64,000 bases of DNA from Bacteroidaceae bacterium (GTDB lineage: Bacteria; Bacteroidota; Bacteroidia; Bacteroidales; Barnesiellaceae_A). Shown here in pieces: positions 10,253 through 19,109 of the stretch (positions are counted from its first letter, which is position 1; the number at the start of each line of letters is the position of its first letter). The position numbers were made by a program, and so were the translations under genes. Location: contig JAGBHF010000011.1 of the NCBI GenBank assembly GCA_017935645.1, forward strand, positions 4,709 through 68,708, given 5' to 3'. Below the pieces are notes generated by a model, which saw only the letters and a program-made list of their open reading frames with translations, was not told the DNA's origin and did not search any database.

Positions 10253-10930
10253 ATGATATACATTATATTTATAGTATTTGCCATCCTCAGCTACATTGTG
10301 CAACAGATGCTCAAGAGTCGCTTCGAGAAGTATTCACAAGTTCCCATGCCCTATGGTCTTACCGGAAAAGATATCGCCGAGCGCATGTTACGTGAAAATG
10401 GTATAACACACGTTTCTGTTACCCACACACCGGGCACACTCACCGACCACTACAACCCCACAACTCAAACCATCAACTTGAGCGATGCAGTATACAATAG
10501 TTGTAGCATTGCGGCAGCTGCCGTTGCTGCTCACGAGACCGGCCACGCCTTGCAACATGCCAAAAGTTATGCCCCCCTTAAGATGCGCTCATCGTTAGTG
10601 CCGGTAGTAAACTTTGCCGCAAGTTGGATGCAATGGGTATTGCTTATCGGTATTCTCACCATCGAGAGTTTTCCCCAAATTATGTTGGTAGGTATCATAC
10701 TGTTTGGTATGACTACACTCTTCAGCATCATCACCCTGCCGGTAGAGATAAATGCCAGCCAACGAGCACTTGCATGGCTCAACACCGCCGGTATTACCAA
10801 CACACAGACACACCCCATGGCCAAAGATGCTCTTAAATGGGCTGCCTATACCTATGTAGTAGCTGCGCTCAGCTCATTGGCTACATTGGTATACTACATA
10901 TTTATGTTCATGGGTCGCAACGACGATTGA
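10253..10930 (+). CDS. membrane zinc metallopeptidase (YugP-like)
   Basis: 225 aa with a HETGHALQH (HExxH) motif and N- and C-terminal TM segments. Confidence 0.82.
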   Translation: MIYIIFIVFAILSYIVQQMLKSRFEKYSQVPMPYGLTGKDIAERMLRENGITHVSVTHTPGTLTDHYNPTTQTINLSDAVYNSCSIAAAAVAAHETGHALQHAKSYAPLKMRSSLVPVVNFAASWMQWVLLIGILTIESFPQIMLVGIILFGMTTLFSIITLPVEINASQRALAWLNTAGITNTQTHPMAKDALKWAAYTYVVAALSSLATLVYYIFMFMGRNDD

Positions 10931-11049
10931 TACCTATTCCTATCAGATAAGCTAAACCTGCCGAGACATTGTCGGTGGGTTTACTTCTTTTATAATGGTA
11001 TGCTCGGCATAATCGACTCAATTTTGTTGACTTTGCACACGAATTGTAT

Positions 11050-11057
11050 TATCTTTG
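11050..11057 (+). promoter_or_regulatory. -7 promoter box (TAnnTTTG) for hisS
   Basis: TATCTTTG, 31 nt upstream of the ATG at 11088. Candidate -33 TTTG elements at 11023-11026 and 11032-11035. Confidence 0.55.
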
Positions 11058-11087
11058 CGAAACAAAAAATTTCAAACAAAAAACGAT

Positions 11088-12452
11088 ATGGCTCAAAAAC
11101 CCTCTATACCCAAAGGAACTCGCGACTTCTCTCCCGAAGAGATGGCCAAGCGTAACTATATTTTCAACACTATCCGCGAAGTATACGCATTATATGGCTT
11201 CAGCCAAATAGAAACTCCTGCAATGGAAACCTTGCAAACCCTCATGGGCAAGTATGGCGAAGAAGGCGATAAACTTCTCTTCAAGGTTCTCAATTCGGGC
11301 GATTTCCTGTCAGGTGTAGAAGATGCCGAACTATGTGAGCGCAATACTGCTCGATTGGCAGCCCGCTTGTGCGAGAAGGGTCTGCGATATGACCTCACCG
11401 TTCCCTTTGCGCGCTATGTAGTAATGCACCGCAACGAACTCACATTCCCCTTCAAGCGCTATCAGATACAACCCGTGTGGCGTGCCGACCGTCCTCAAAA
11501 AGGACGTTATCGTGAGTTCTACCAATGCGATGGTGATATTATCGGCTCCGACTCATTGCTCAACGAGGTAGAGTTGCTCCACATTATTGACGATGTATTT
11601 ACCCGCCTCAACATTCGTGTTGCCATCAAGCTCAACAACCGCAAGATACTCACAGGTATTGCCGAGATTATAGGTGCGCCCGAGAAGATTATCGATATAA
11701 CCGTAGCCATAGACAAGCTCGACAAGATAGGTCTTGACAAGGTAAACGAAGAGTTACGCGACAAGGGCTTGAACGAAGAGGCTATTGCACAATTACAACC
11801 CATCATCCTGCTCGAAGGCAGCAACGAAAGCAAGTTGCAAACTTTGCGTCAGGCTTTGGCTCAATCGGAAACAGGCTTGAAAGGTATCGACGAGCTCGAA
11901 TTTATCCTCGGAAAGCTCACCAATCAACCGCTCAAGGCACAACTTGATATAGACCTCACATTGGCTCGTGGCCTTAACTACTACACCGGTGCTATCCTTG
12001 AGGTGAAAGCTCTCGATGTACAAATAGGCAGTATAACCGGTGGTGGTCGATATGACAACCTCACAGGTGTATTTGGTATGCCTAATGTATCAGGTGTAGG
12101 TATGTCGTTTGGTGCCGACCGTATCTACGATGTATTGAGTCAACTCGACCTCTTCCCAACCGATTCTCTGCAAGCCACACAAGTATTGTTTGTAAACTTT
12201 GGTGACAAGGAGTGTGATGTGTGCATGCAACACGCTACACTCTTCCGCGCACAAGGTATACGCACCGAGGTATTCCCCGAATCGGCCAAGATGAAAAAAC
12301 AAATGGGATATGCCGACACTCACCACATACCCTATGTAGCACTTGTAGGTGAAAGTGAGATAGAAGCCGGCAAAATAGCACTGAAAAACATGATTACCGG
12401 CGAGCAACAACTTGTCACGCCACAAGAGGCCATCGATATAATTACTCGATAG
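11088..12452 (+). CDS. hisS: histidine--tRNA ligase
   Basis: [15 protein letters not shown]-terminus, class II motifs ([27 protein letters not shown] and GGGRYDNL) and a C-terminal anticodon-binding domain. The ATG at 11088 is preferred over the TTG at 11055 that starts the ORF track entry. Confidence 0.93.
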   Translation: MAQKPSIPKGTRDFSPEEMAKRNYIFNTIREVYALYGFSQIETPAMETLQTLMGKYGEEGDKLLFKVLNSGDFLSGVEDAELCERNTARLAARLCEKGLRYDLTVPFARYVVMHRNELTFPFKRYQIQPVWRADRPQKGRYREFYQCDGDIIGSDSLLNEVELLHIIDDVFTRLNIRVAIKLNNRKILTGIAEIIGAPEKIIDITVAIDKLDKIGLDKVNEELRDKGLNEEAIAQLQPIILLEGSNESKLQTLRQALAQSETGLKGIDELEFILGKLTNQPLKAQLDIDLTLARGLNYYTGAILEVKALDVQIGSITGGGRYDNLTGVFGMPNVSGVGMSFGADRIYDVLSQLDLFPTDSLQATQVLFVNFGDKECDVCMQHATLFRAQGIRTEVFPESAKMKKQMGYADTHHIPYVALVGESEIEAGKIALKNMITGEQQLVTPQEAIDIITR

Positions 12453-12455
12453 AGA

Positions 12456-13808
12456 ATGAAACCTACCAAAGAGATTGCCATACTACGACTTGTTATTGAC
12501 CTGATAATGGCCGATAATAAGATACATCGTGATGAAGTCTCTTGGGCCAAAAATCTATCTTTGCGGTATCAGTATACCGACGAAGATATGATGAAAGTAC
12601 ATGATATAGGCTTTTGCGAAGCTATCAACACATTACAACAACTTGATACTATTTCACGCAACGAAGTTATAACCTCGTTGCGTGAAATCATTTCGATAGA
12701 TAATGAAACTGATATAAGCGAGCGCATTATAATAACAGCTATTCTGATGGCATTGCAAGAAGATAGTTGCCAACATGTACAAATCCTATCAACCGACGCT
12801 TGTGCATTTGACAACTTCGACCGACAACTTATTTATCTCGAACAAAAAGCCAACCCGACAATTACACAAGCTATCAAAAGTTGCCACACTGCAATATCGC
12901 AACAACTGAAGTCGTGTGACATCGAGTTTTTCTTCTATCCTCACATTGTAGAACGACTCATACAATCACAATCCCACATCAAGCCGGCAATAGAATTGCT
13001 TATACCTACATTCTCGAGCATTGAGCAATGCGATATAAATTGCTACAAGACAAGCGATTATTGTTCCTATATACATAGTATGATGGGAAGTAATGCCGAG
13101 CCATTCCGCTTTGATGCCTTCTTGATGTTGAAGATACAAAGCAGTTTCAGAAAAGATAAACATACGGTCGATTTTGTTTGCATTGATTGTTCACAGAAAC
13201 CTATAGAGACTCTTTACAATCTCATCAATCTTCTTTCAACCGAAGAGCCGTCTTGTACAATCCCATATCACGGTTGCTATCGCATATTCTTCGACATGAT
13301 AAGCCAGCACTCAAAGCGGTGCTATAATATTCTACTCGAAGACAATCTGTTTTATCTATATGATGGTCACAAAAAAGTAAGCCTCAATATACGCGGTAGT
13401 GAACGAAAAACCCTCTTTGCACTCTTCTTGCTACACGTCAATGAGGGTATTAGCAACGACACATTTGCACTTATGAGCAAAGATACAAGTTTGGGAAAAG
13501 AGAGTATCGCCATATACCAATACTTTGCCAATGAGAGAAACTATCAGGAGGTAGAAACTGCCCTCAAGAACGGCAAAGAACCTGCCGTAATAACCAATCT
13601 GCGAGATATAACCAAGCGCAACTCACACATCGGATATATTAAACGGGCTATCACATCTATTACCTCACTCAAAGATCCGCACAATTATTATCCTCAAAAT
13701 ATTCGAGGCGAACATACATATAATATATTATTATCTTCCGATAAGATTTTTGCAAAACGTCACAGTGAAAACTCCACACACTCACTCACTATCAATTTCT
13801 TCTCGTGA
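12456..13808 (+). CDS. hypothetical protein with a TerB-like N-terminal domain; the remaining ~330 aa are unassigned
   Basis: 450-aa ORF starting 3 nt after the hisS stop. Residues ~10-110 show the two-lobed TerB-like pattern (IMADNKIHRDEVSWAKNL ... IDNETDISERIIITAILMAL). Sampled 60-nt lines are 27-40% GC, against 52-58% in hisS and the ATPase gene. Confidence 0.6.
   Translation: MKPTKEIAILRLVIDLIMADNKIHRDEVSWAKNLSLRYQYTDEDMMKVHDIGFCEAINTLQQLDTISRNEVITSLREIISIDNETDISERIIITAILMALQEDSCQHVQILSTDACAFDNFDRQLIYLEQKANPTITQAIKSCHTAISQQLKSCDIEFFFYPHIVERLIQSQSHIKPAIELLIPTFSSIEQCDINCYKTSDYCSYIHSMMGSNAEPFRFDAFLMLKIQSSFRKDKHTVDFVCIDCSQKPIETLYNLINLLSTEEPSCTIPYHGCYRIFFDMISQHSKRCYNILLEDNLFYLYDGHKKVSLNIRGSERKTLFALFLLHVNEGISNDTFALMSKDTSLGKESIAIYQYFANERNYQEVETALKNGKEPAVITNLRDITKRNSHIGYIKRAITSITSLKDPHNYYPQNIRGEHTYNILLSSDKIFAKRHSENSTHSLTINFFS
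12651..12688. repeat. 38-bp near-perfect palindrome inside a CDS
   Basis: ATTTCACGCAACGAAGTTATAACCTCGTTGCGTGAAAT. 18 of 19 positions pair, with one A/C mismatch. It encodes ISRNEVITSLREI on both strands. Confidence 0.9.
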
Positions 13809-13813
13809 AACTG

Positions 13814-13827
13814 TTGCCATATGGCAA
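13814..13827. promoter_or_regulatory. 14-bp perfect palindrome TTGCCATATGGCAA (candidate operator, copy 1)
   Basis: Read directly from the sequence. Begins 6 nt after the stop of the TerB-like gene. Confidence 0.35.
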
Positions 13828-13932
13828 TAGAAAGCGTAAGTTTACTAAAGAACATGATATCAGAAGATGCTCTTTGAGGGACTTTATTTACAATCTATTG
13901 TTAAAAGCTGTAAATAATCGCACAAAACCCCA

Positions 13933-13946
13933 TTGCAATATGGCAA
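13933..13946. promoter_or_regulatory. TTGCAATATGGCAA (candidate operator, copy 2)
   Basis: 13 of 14 identical to copy 1. Ends 27 nt upstream of the -7 box of the Ca2+ ATPase gene, so it overlaps the -33 region. Confidence 0.35.
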
Positions 13947-13973
13947 GTTTTCTTTTATATTGTTATAACACAG

Positions 13974-13981
13974 TAATTTTG
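13974..13981 (+). promoter_or_regulatory. -7 promoter box (TAnnTTTG) for the P-type ATPase gene
   Basis: TAATTTTG, 25 nt upstream of the ATG at 14006. Confidence 0.55.
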
Positions 13982-14005
13982 CACACTCAACAAAATTATT
14001 AAATC

Positions 14006-16756
14006 ATGAACAATTACTTTGAAAAAGGATTAACGGACGAACAGGTTATTGCCAGCCGACAAAAGTATGGCAGTAACGAACTCACTCCTCCGGCAAAGAC
14101 ACCCTTGTGGAAACAATTTTTAGAGAAGTTCAAAGACCCCATTATCCGCATTCTACTCATTGCATGGGTACTTTCGATAGGCGTAGCTACTTATCAGGTA
14201 GCAAGCGGTGCTGAGGGGGTTAACGCCTTTTTTGAACCGGCTGGTATATTGCTTGCCATCTTACTTGCTACCGGCATAGGTTTTGCCTTTGAAGTAAGTG
14301 CCAACCGCAAGTTTGATATTCTCAACCAAATCGGCGACGAAACCTTGGTCAAGGTTGTACGCAACCACAATATCATTGAAATACCCAAGAAAGAGGTGGT
14401 TGTCGGTGACATCGTGGTCATCAACACCGGTGATGAAATTCCGGCCGACGGCACATTGATCGAATCGGTATCTCTGCAAGTCAACGAGTCGACTCTTACC
14501 GGTGAACCCGTAGCCAACAAGTATGCCGACCCTGCAAAAAACGACCCTCGAGCCACATACCCCAGCAACATGGTCCTCAATGGTTGTACCGTCATGGAAG
14601 GTCATGGTGTCATGGAGGTGTCGCAAGTGGGCGATGCAACAGAGTATGGCAAGGTATATAAAGGTGCACAAATAGAGAACGATGTTGAGACCCCTCTCAA
14701 TATTCAACTCGACAAGTTGGCCAACCTTATCACCAAGATAAGCTACACTATTGCAGCACTCATTCTCATCATTCGCTGTGTCACCTTCTTTACAGGCTGT
14801 CATCCTACCGACTGGATAAGCATAGGTCAATACATACTCAACACACTCATGATTGCCGTCACGATCATAGTTGTGGCTGTACCCGAGGGATTACCCATGA
14901 GTGTAACATTGAGCCTGGCACTCAGCATGAAACGTATGCTTTCGGCCAACAACCTTGTGCGCAAGATGCACGCTTGCGAAACAATGGGTGCTACATCGGT
15001 TATATGCACCGATAAGACCGGTACACTTACTCAAAACCAAATGCAAGTTGAGGAGACTCGATTCTATGCCCTCGACAAGCAAGAGTTGGGCAATGACACA
15101 ACAATCGACACTCTCATCAGCGAAAGTATCGCTCTCAATACCACTGCCAACCTCAACACCGACACCAATGGTCGCATAGGTGTCATAGGCAATCCCACCG
15201 AGGGTGCTCTGTTGCTATGGCTTACCAAGCAGAATATACAATATAACACCCTGCGTCACACCATACCCGTAGCCGAACAGCTCACCTTCTCGACCGAACG
15301 CAAATACATGGGTACGGTTATCGTATCTCCTACCCTCAAAAAGCGAATTCTTTATGTTAAAGGTGCTCCCGAAATAGTATTGAAGAAGTGCCACACAATC
15401 AGTACAACACAAGGTATTGTTCCCATAGAACCTCTCCGACAAAACATCGAGGGCGAATTGCTCAATTTCCAAAACCGTGCATTGCGCACTCTTGCACTTG
15501 CCTATGCCGAGGTTGACGAAAGCAGTTGCTTCGACAATGGTGTCTTAAAAGAGGATATACAGCTTACACTATTGGGTATCACTGCAATTGCCGACCCTGT
15601 GAGAACAGATGTGCCCGAAGCCATTCAATCGTGCCTTAATGCAGGTATAAAGGTTAAGATTATTACCGGCGACACACAAGCTACCGCACGCGAAATAGGC
15701 CGACAAATAGGCTTGTGGCAACCCCAAGATACCGATGCCAACATCACCACCGGCGAACAAGTTGCTGCCATGAGCGACGAAGAGTTGACCCATCGTGTAC
15801 AAGAGTTCAAGATTATAGCACGTGCACGTCCTCTCGACAAGGAACGTCTTGTGAAAGCCCTGCAACGCAATGGCGAGGTTGTAGCTGTAACCGGCGATGG
15901 AACAAACGATGCGCCGGCACTCAATGCCGCACAAGTAGGTCTGTCGATGGGCGATGGCACCACTGTTGCCAAAGAGGCAAGCGCCATTACCATCCTCGAC
16001 AACTCATTCACCACAATCAACAAGGCTGTGATGTGGGGTCGCTCGCTATACCACAACATACAACGATTTATCGTATTCCAGATGACCATCAATGTAGCTG
16101 CATGCCTTATCGTATTGCTGGGTGCTATATTGGGTACCGAATCGCCCCTCACCGTAACACAAATGCTGTGGGTAAACCTCATTATGGACACATTTGCCGC
16201 CATGGCCTTGGCATCTCTTCCGCCCGACGAGAGAGTGATGCAAGAGAAACCCCGCCCGCTGACAGCACACATCATCACGCCCATGATGGCTCGCACCATT
16301 TTGGCCACCGGATTGTTGTTTGTGATATTTCTATTCGGTTTGTTGCAATATTTCAACCATACCGATATAACCGCCTTCTCACAAATTGAGTGGAGCAAAA
16401 TATTCAGTTATTGTTTCAAAGCGGGTGAACATGGAGCGCTATCACCTTACGAGCTGTCACTCTTCTTCACCATATTTGTGATGTTGCAATTCTGGAACAT
16501 GTTCAATGCCAAGGCCTTTGCAACCGGCACCTCGGCATTCAACTCGATATGGAAATGCAATGGATTCTTGTGCGTGGCATTGCTGATTGTCGTAGGCCAA
16601 ATACTCATTGTTACCTTTGGTGGTGAGATGTTCAGTGTCACACCGCTATCAACGAGCGACTGGTGGCAACTCATCCTTACAACATCGGTTGTAGCTATTG
16701 TCGGCGAAATTTTCCGATTTTCAGCTTACATTTTTACCCGTTGCAAAAAAAGGTGA
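14006..16756 (+). CDS. calcium-translocating P-type ATPase (PMCA-type, P2 family)
   Basis: 916 aa with TGES-type actuator region (TGEPV), the phosphorylation motif ICTDKTGTLTQN, the hinge VAVTGDGTNDAPAL, and ~10 TM segments including VPEGLP. Confidence 0.92.
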   Translation: MNNYFEKGLTDEQVIASRQKYGSNELTPPAKTPLWKQFLEKFKDPIIRILLIAWVLSIGVATYQVASGAEGVNAFFEPAGILLAILLATGIGFAFEVSANRKFDILNQIGDETLVKVVRNHNIIEIPKKEVVVGDIVVINTGDEIPADGTLIESVSLQVNESTLTGEPVANKYADPAKNDPRATYPSNMVLNGCTVMEGHGVMEVSQVGDATEYGKVYKGAQIENDVETPLNIQLDKLANLITKISYTIAALILIIRCVTFFTGCHPTDWISIGQYILNTLMIAVTIIVVAVPEGLPMSVTLSLALSMKRMLSANNLVRKMHACETMGATSVICTDKTGTLTQNQMQVEETRFYALDKQELGNDTTIDTLISESIALNTTANLNTDTNGRIGVIGNPTEGALLLWLTKQNIQYNTLRHTIPVAEQLTFSTERKYMGTVIVSPTLKKRILYVKGAPEIVLKKCHTISTTQGIVPIEPLRQNIEGELLNFQNRALRTLALAYAEVDESSCFDNGVLKEDIQLTLLGITAIADPVRTDVPEAIQSCLNAGIKVKIITGDTQATAREIGRQIGLWQPQDTDANITTGEQVAAMSDEELTHRVQEFKIIARARPLDKERLVKALQRNGEVVAVTGDGTNDAPALNAAQVGLSMGDGTTVAKEASAITILDNSFTTINKAVMWGRSLYHNIQRFIVFQMTINVAACLIVLLGAILGTESPLTVTQMLWVNLIMDTFAAMALASLPPDERVMQEKPRPLTAHIITPMMARTILATGLLFVIFLFGLLQYFNHTDITAFSQIEWSKIFSYCFKAGEHGALSPYELSLFFTIFVMLQFWNMFNAKAFATGTSAFNSIWKCNGFLCVALLIVVGQILIVTFGGEMFSVTPLSTSDWWQLILTTSVVAIVGEIFRFSAYIFTRCKKR

Positions 16757-16797
16757 AAAAGGAGGGCTTAAAAACCTGTAAAATCAGTAATTTATAT

Positions 16798-16805
16798 TAA
16801 TTTTG
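16798..16805 (+). promoter_or_regulatory. -7 promoter box (TAnnTTTG) for tkt
   Basis: TAATTTTG, 39 nt upstream of the ATG at 16844. Confidence 0.5.
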
Positions 16806-16843
16806 TATCGAATTTTATCAAAAACTCCTTTACAGTATATTTT

Positions 16844-18880
16844 ATGGACACAATAAAGAAGCTCAATCGTGCTGCTGACAACATAAGAATCCTAACAGCA
16901 GCAATGGTAGAAAAAGCCAAATCGGGTCATCCCGGCGGTGCTATGGGTGGTGCCGACTTCACTAATGCACTCTATGCCAAATATTTGGTATATGACCCCG
17001 ATGACGCTCTATGGATAAACAGAGACAGATTCTTCCTCGACCCCGGTCACATGTCGCCCATGCTTTACAGCGTTCTCGCATTTACCGGCAAATTTACTAT
17101 GGAAGAACTTCAAAGTTTCCGTCAATGGGGTAGCGTAACACCCGGCCACCCCGAAGTTGACTTTGCTCGTGGTATCGAGAACACTTCAGGTCCCCTCGGT
17201 CAAGGTCACGCTATGGCTGTAGGTGCTGCTATTGCCGAGCAATTCTTTACTGCCCGCTTCGGTCAATGGATGTCGCACAAGACCTATGCTTTCATCTCTG
17301 ATGGTGGTATCCAAGAGGAGATTTCGCAAGGTGCCGGTCGCATCGCCGGTTACTTGAAGCTCAGCAACCTCATCATGTTCTACGATAGCAACAGCATCCA
17401 ACTCTCAACCGGTACAGGCGAGGTAACATCAGAGGACACTGCTGCCAAATATCGTGCTTGGGGCTGGAATGTATTGGAAATTGACGGCACAGACGCCGCT
17501 GCTATATGCCAAGCTATTGAGACTGCTCAAAATGAGAAAGAGCGTCCTACACTCATCATTGGACGCACCATCATGGGCAAGGGCTGTATCAAAGCCGACG
17601 GCACAAGCTTCGAGCACCAATGCGCTACTCACGGTCAACCCTTGAGCAAGTCGGGTGCAAGCTACGAAAAGACCATCGAAAACCTTGGTGGCGATGTAGC
17701 CAACCCCTTCACACTCTTCCCCGAGACCGAGGCTCTCTATGCTGCTCGTCGCGAGGAGTTGCGTCGCATTGTTGCTGAACGTAAAGCCGAACAAGCTGCT
17801 TGGGAAAAGGCCAATCCCGAACAAGCCGAAGAGTTGAGAAAATACTTCGCCAATGAAGTGCCCGCTATCGACTTCGGCGCCATCGAGTTCAAGCCCAATA
17901 TCGCTACCCGCACAGCATCAGCTACCGTACTATCGGTACTTGCCGAAAAGTGCAAGAACATGGTAGTATCGTCGGCCGACCTTGCCAATAGTGACAAGAC
18001 CGATGGTTTCTTGAAAAAAACACACGCCTTTGCCCCCGGTGACTTTACAGGAGCATTCCTCCAAGCCGGTGTTGCCGAGTTGACAATGGCTGTTATCGTA
18101 AACGGTATGTTGTTACATGGTGGTATGCATGCTGCTTGCGGTACATTCTTCGTGTTCTCGGACTATATGAAACCCGCCGTGCGCATGGCCGCATTGATGG
18201 AACTTCCCGCCAAATACATCTGGACTCACGACGCATTCCGCGTAGGTGAGGATGGTCCCACTCACGAGCCGGTAGAGCAAGAGGCTCAAATACGTCTCAT
18301 GGAGCAACTCAAAAACCACAGTGGCAAAAACAGTATGCTCGTATTGCGTCCCGCCGACAGCGCCGAAACAGCTGTTGCATGGAAACTCGCAATGGAAAAT
18401 ACTTCAACCCCCACAGCTTTGATACTTTCTCGCCAAGATGTCAACGACATCCCTGCTATGGGCGAATGTCGCTACACCGAGGCATTGCAAAGTGTTAAGG
18501 GTGCATACATCGTTGCCAAAGACGAGAATCCCGACGTAGTATTGGTTGCCAACGGCTCAGAGGTATCGACTCTCTACGAGGCAGCACAAATACTCAAAGG
18601 CGAAGGCATACGCAGCCAAATCGTATCGGCTCCTTCACTCGGATTGTACGCTACACAACCCCAAGAGTATAAAGACACTATCATACCTCAAGGCTTGCCT
18701 ATCTACGGCTTGACAGCAGGTTTGCCCTCAACATTGTGGCCCATTGTGGGTAGCGACAGAGGTTTGATACATGGTCTCGACCACTTTGGACACTCAGCAC
18801 CCTATAAGGTACTCGATGAGAAGTTGGGCTTCACTCCTCAACTTGTAGCCGCAGAGATTAAGAAGTTCTTGGGTAAATAA
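16844..18880 (+). CDS. tkt: transketolase
   Basis: 678 aa with SGHPGGAMGGAD, the TPP-binding GDG(G)xQEG region (ISDGGIQEEISQGA) and the EDGPTHEPVEQ motif. Confidence 0.94.
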   Translation: MDTIKKLNRAADNIRILTAAMVEKAKSGHPGGAMGGADFTNALYAKYLVYDPDDALWINRDRFFLDPGHMSPMLYSVLAFTGKFTMEELQSFRQWGSVTPGHPEVDFARGIENTSGPLGQGHAMAVGAAIAEQFFTARFGQWMSHKTYAFISDGGIQEEISQGAGRIAGYLKLSNLIMFYDSNSIQLSTGTGEVTSEDTAAKYRAWGWNVLEIDGTDAAAICQAIETAQNEKERPTLIIGRTIMGKGCIKADGTSFEHQCATHGQPLSKSGASYEKTIENLGGDVANPFTLFPETEALYAARREELRRIVAERKAEQAAWEKANPEQAEELRKYFANEVPAIDFGAIEFKPNIATRTASATVLSVLAEKCKNMVVSSADLANSDKTDGFLKKTHAFAPGDFTGAFLQAGVAELTMAVIVNGMLLHGGMHAACGTFFVFSDYMKPAVRMAALMELPAKYIWTHDAFRVGEDGPTHEPVEQEAQIRLMEQLKNHSGKNSMLVLRPADSAETAVAWKLAMENTSTPTALILSRQDVNDIPAMGECRYTEALQSVKGAYIVAKDENPDVVLVANGSEVSTLYEAAQILKGEGIRSQIVSAPSLGLYATQPQEYKDTIIPQGLPIYGLTAGLPSTLWPIVGSDRGLIHGLDHFGHSAPYKVLDEKLGFTPQLVAAEIKKFLGK

Positions 18881-18959
18881 TTTTATTATTACACACACAA
18901 ACTTCACATGTATATATTAATTGACTAAAGAATTCAATATTTAGGTTTGAAAATTACAT

Positions 18960-18995
18960 AAAAAGTGTGCTTTATAACACAAAAGCACACTTTTT
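18960..18995 (+). terminator. rho-independent terminator after tkt
   Basis: 14-bp arms AAAAAGTGTGCTTT / AAAGCACACTTTTT with an 8-nt loop. The right arm ends in T5. Confidence 0.8.
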
Positions 18996-19029
18996 AAACA
19001 ATCTGCTTGAATTTCTGAAATTTAATATA

Positions 19030-19037
19030 TACCTTTG
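19030..19037 (+). promoter_or_regulatory. -7 promoter box (TAnnTTTG) for the OmpA-family gene
   Basis: TACCTTTG, 73 nt upstream of the ATG at 19110. Confidence 0.45.
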
Positions 19038-19109
19038 TCTCATAAACTTGGGGAATAATCCCTTGTTGTTAACAGGCATTTAATTACAAACAAAATTAAT
19101 AAACTGATT

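Noticed and set aside
13933-13960. Sigma-54 type -24/-12 promoter suggested by TGGCA in TATGGCAAGTTTTCTTTT.
   Set aside because: The required TTGC(A/T) element is absent at the correct spacing after TGGCA(A/C). The TGGCA is better explained as half of the duplicated palindrome.
13805-14002. A 65-aa ORF between the TerB-like gene and the ATPase gene.
   Set aside because: It starts with a GTG that overlaps the preceding stop codon, and it spans both palindromic motifs and the ATPase promoter box. It is AT-rich with an implausible composition, so the region is more likely non-coding control DNA.
15625-16398. Long overlapping ORFs inside the P-type ATPase gene: 257 aa on the minus strand, and 224 aa on the plus strand in another frame (15715-16389).
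   Set aside because: They lie fully inside a gene with unambiguous P-type ATPase motifs. Their translations are low-complexity (Arg/Ser/Cys/His-rich) with no start context. They are typical shadow ORFs of a GC-richer coding region.
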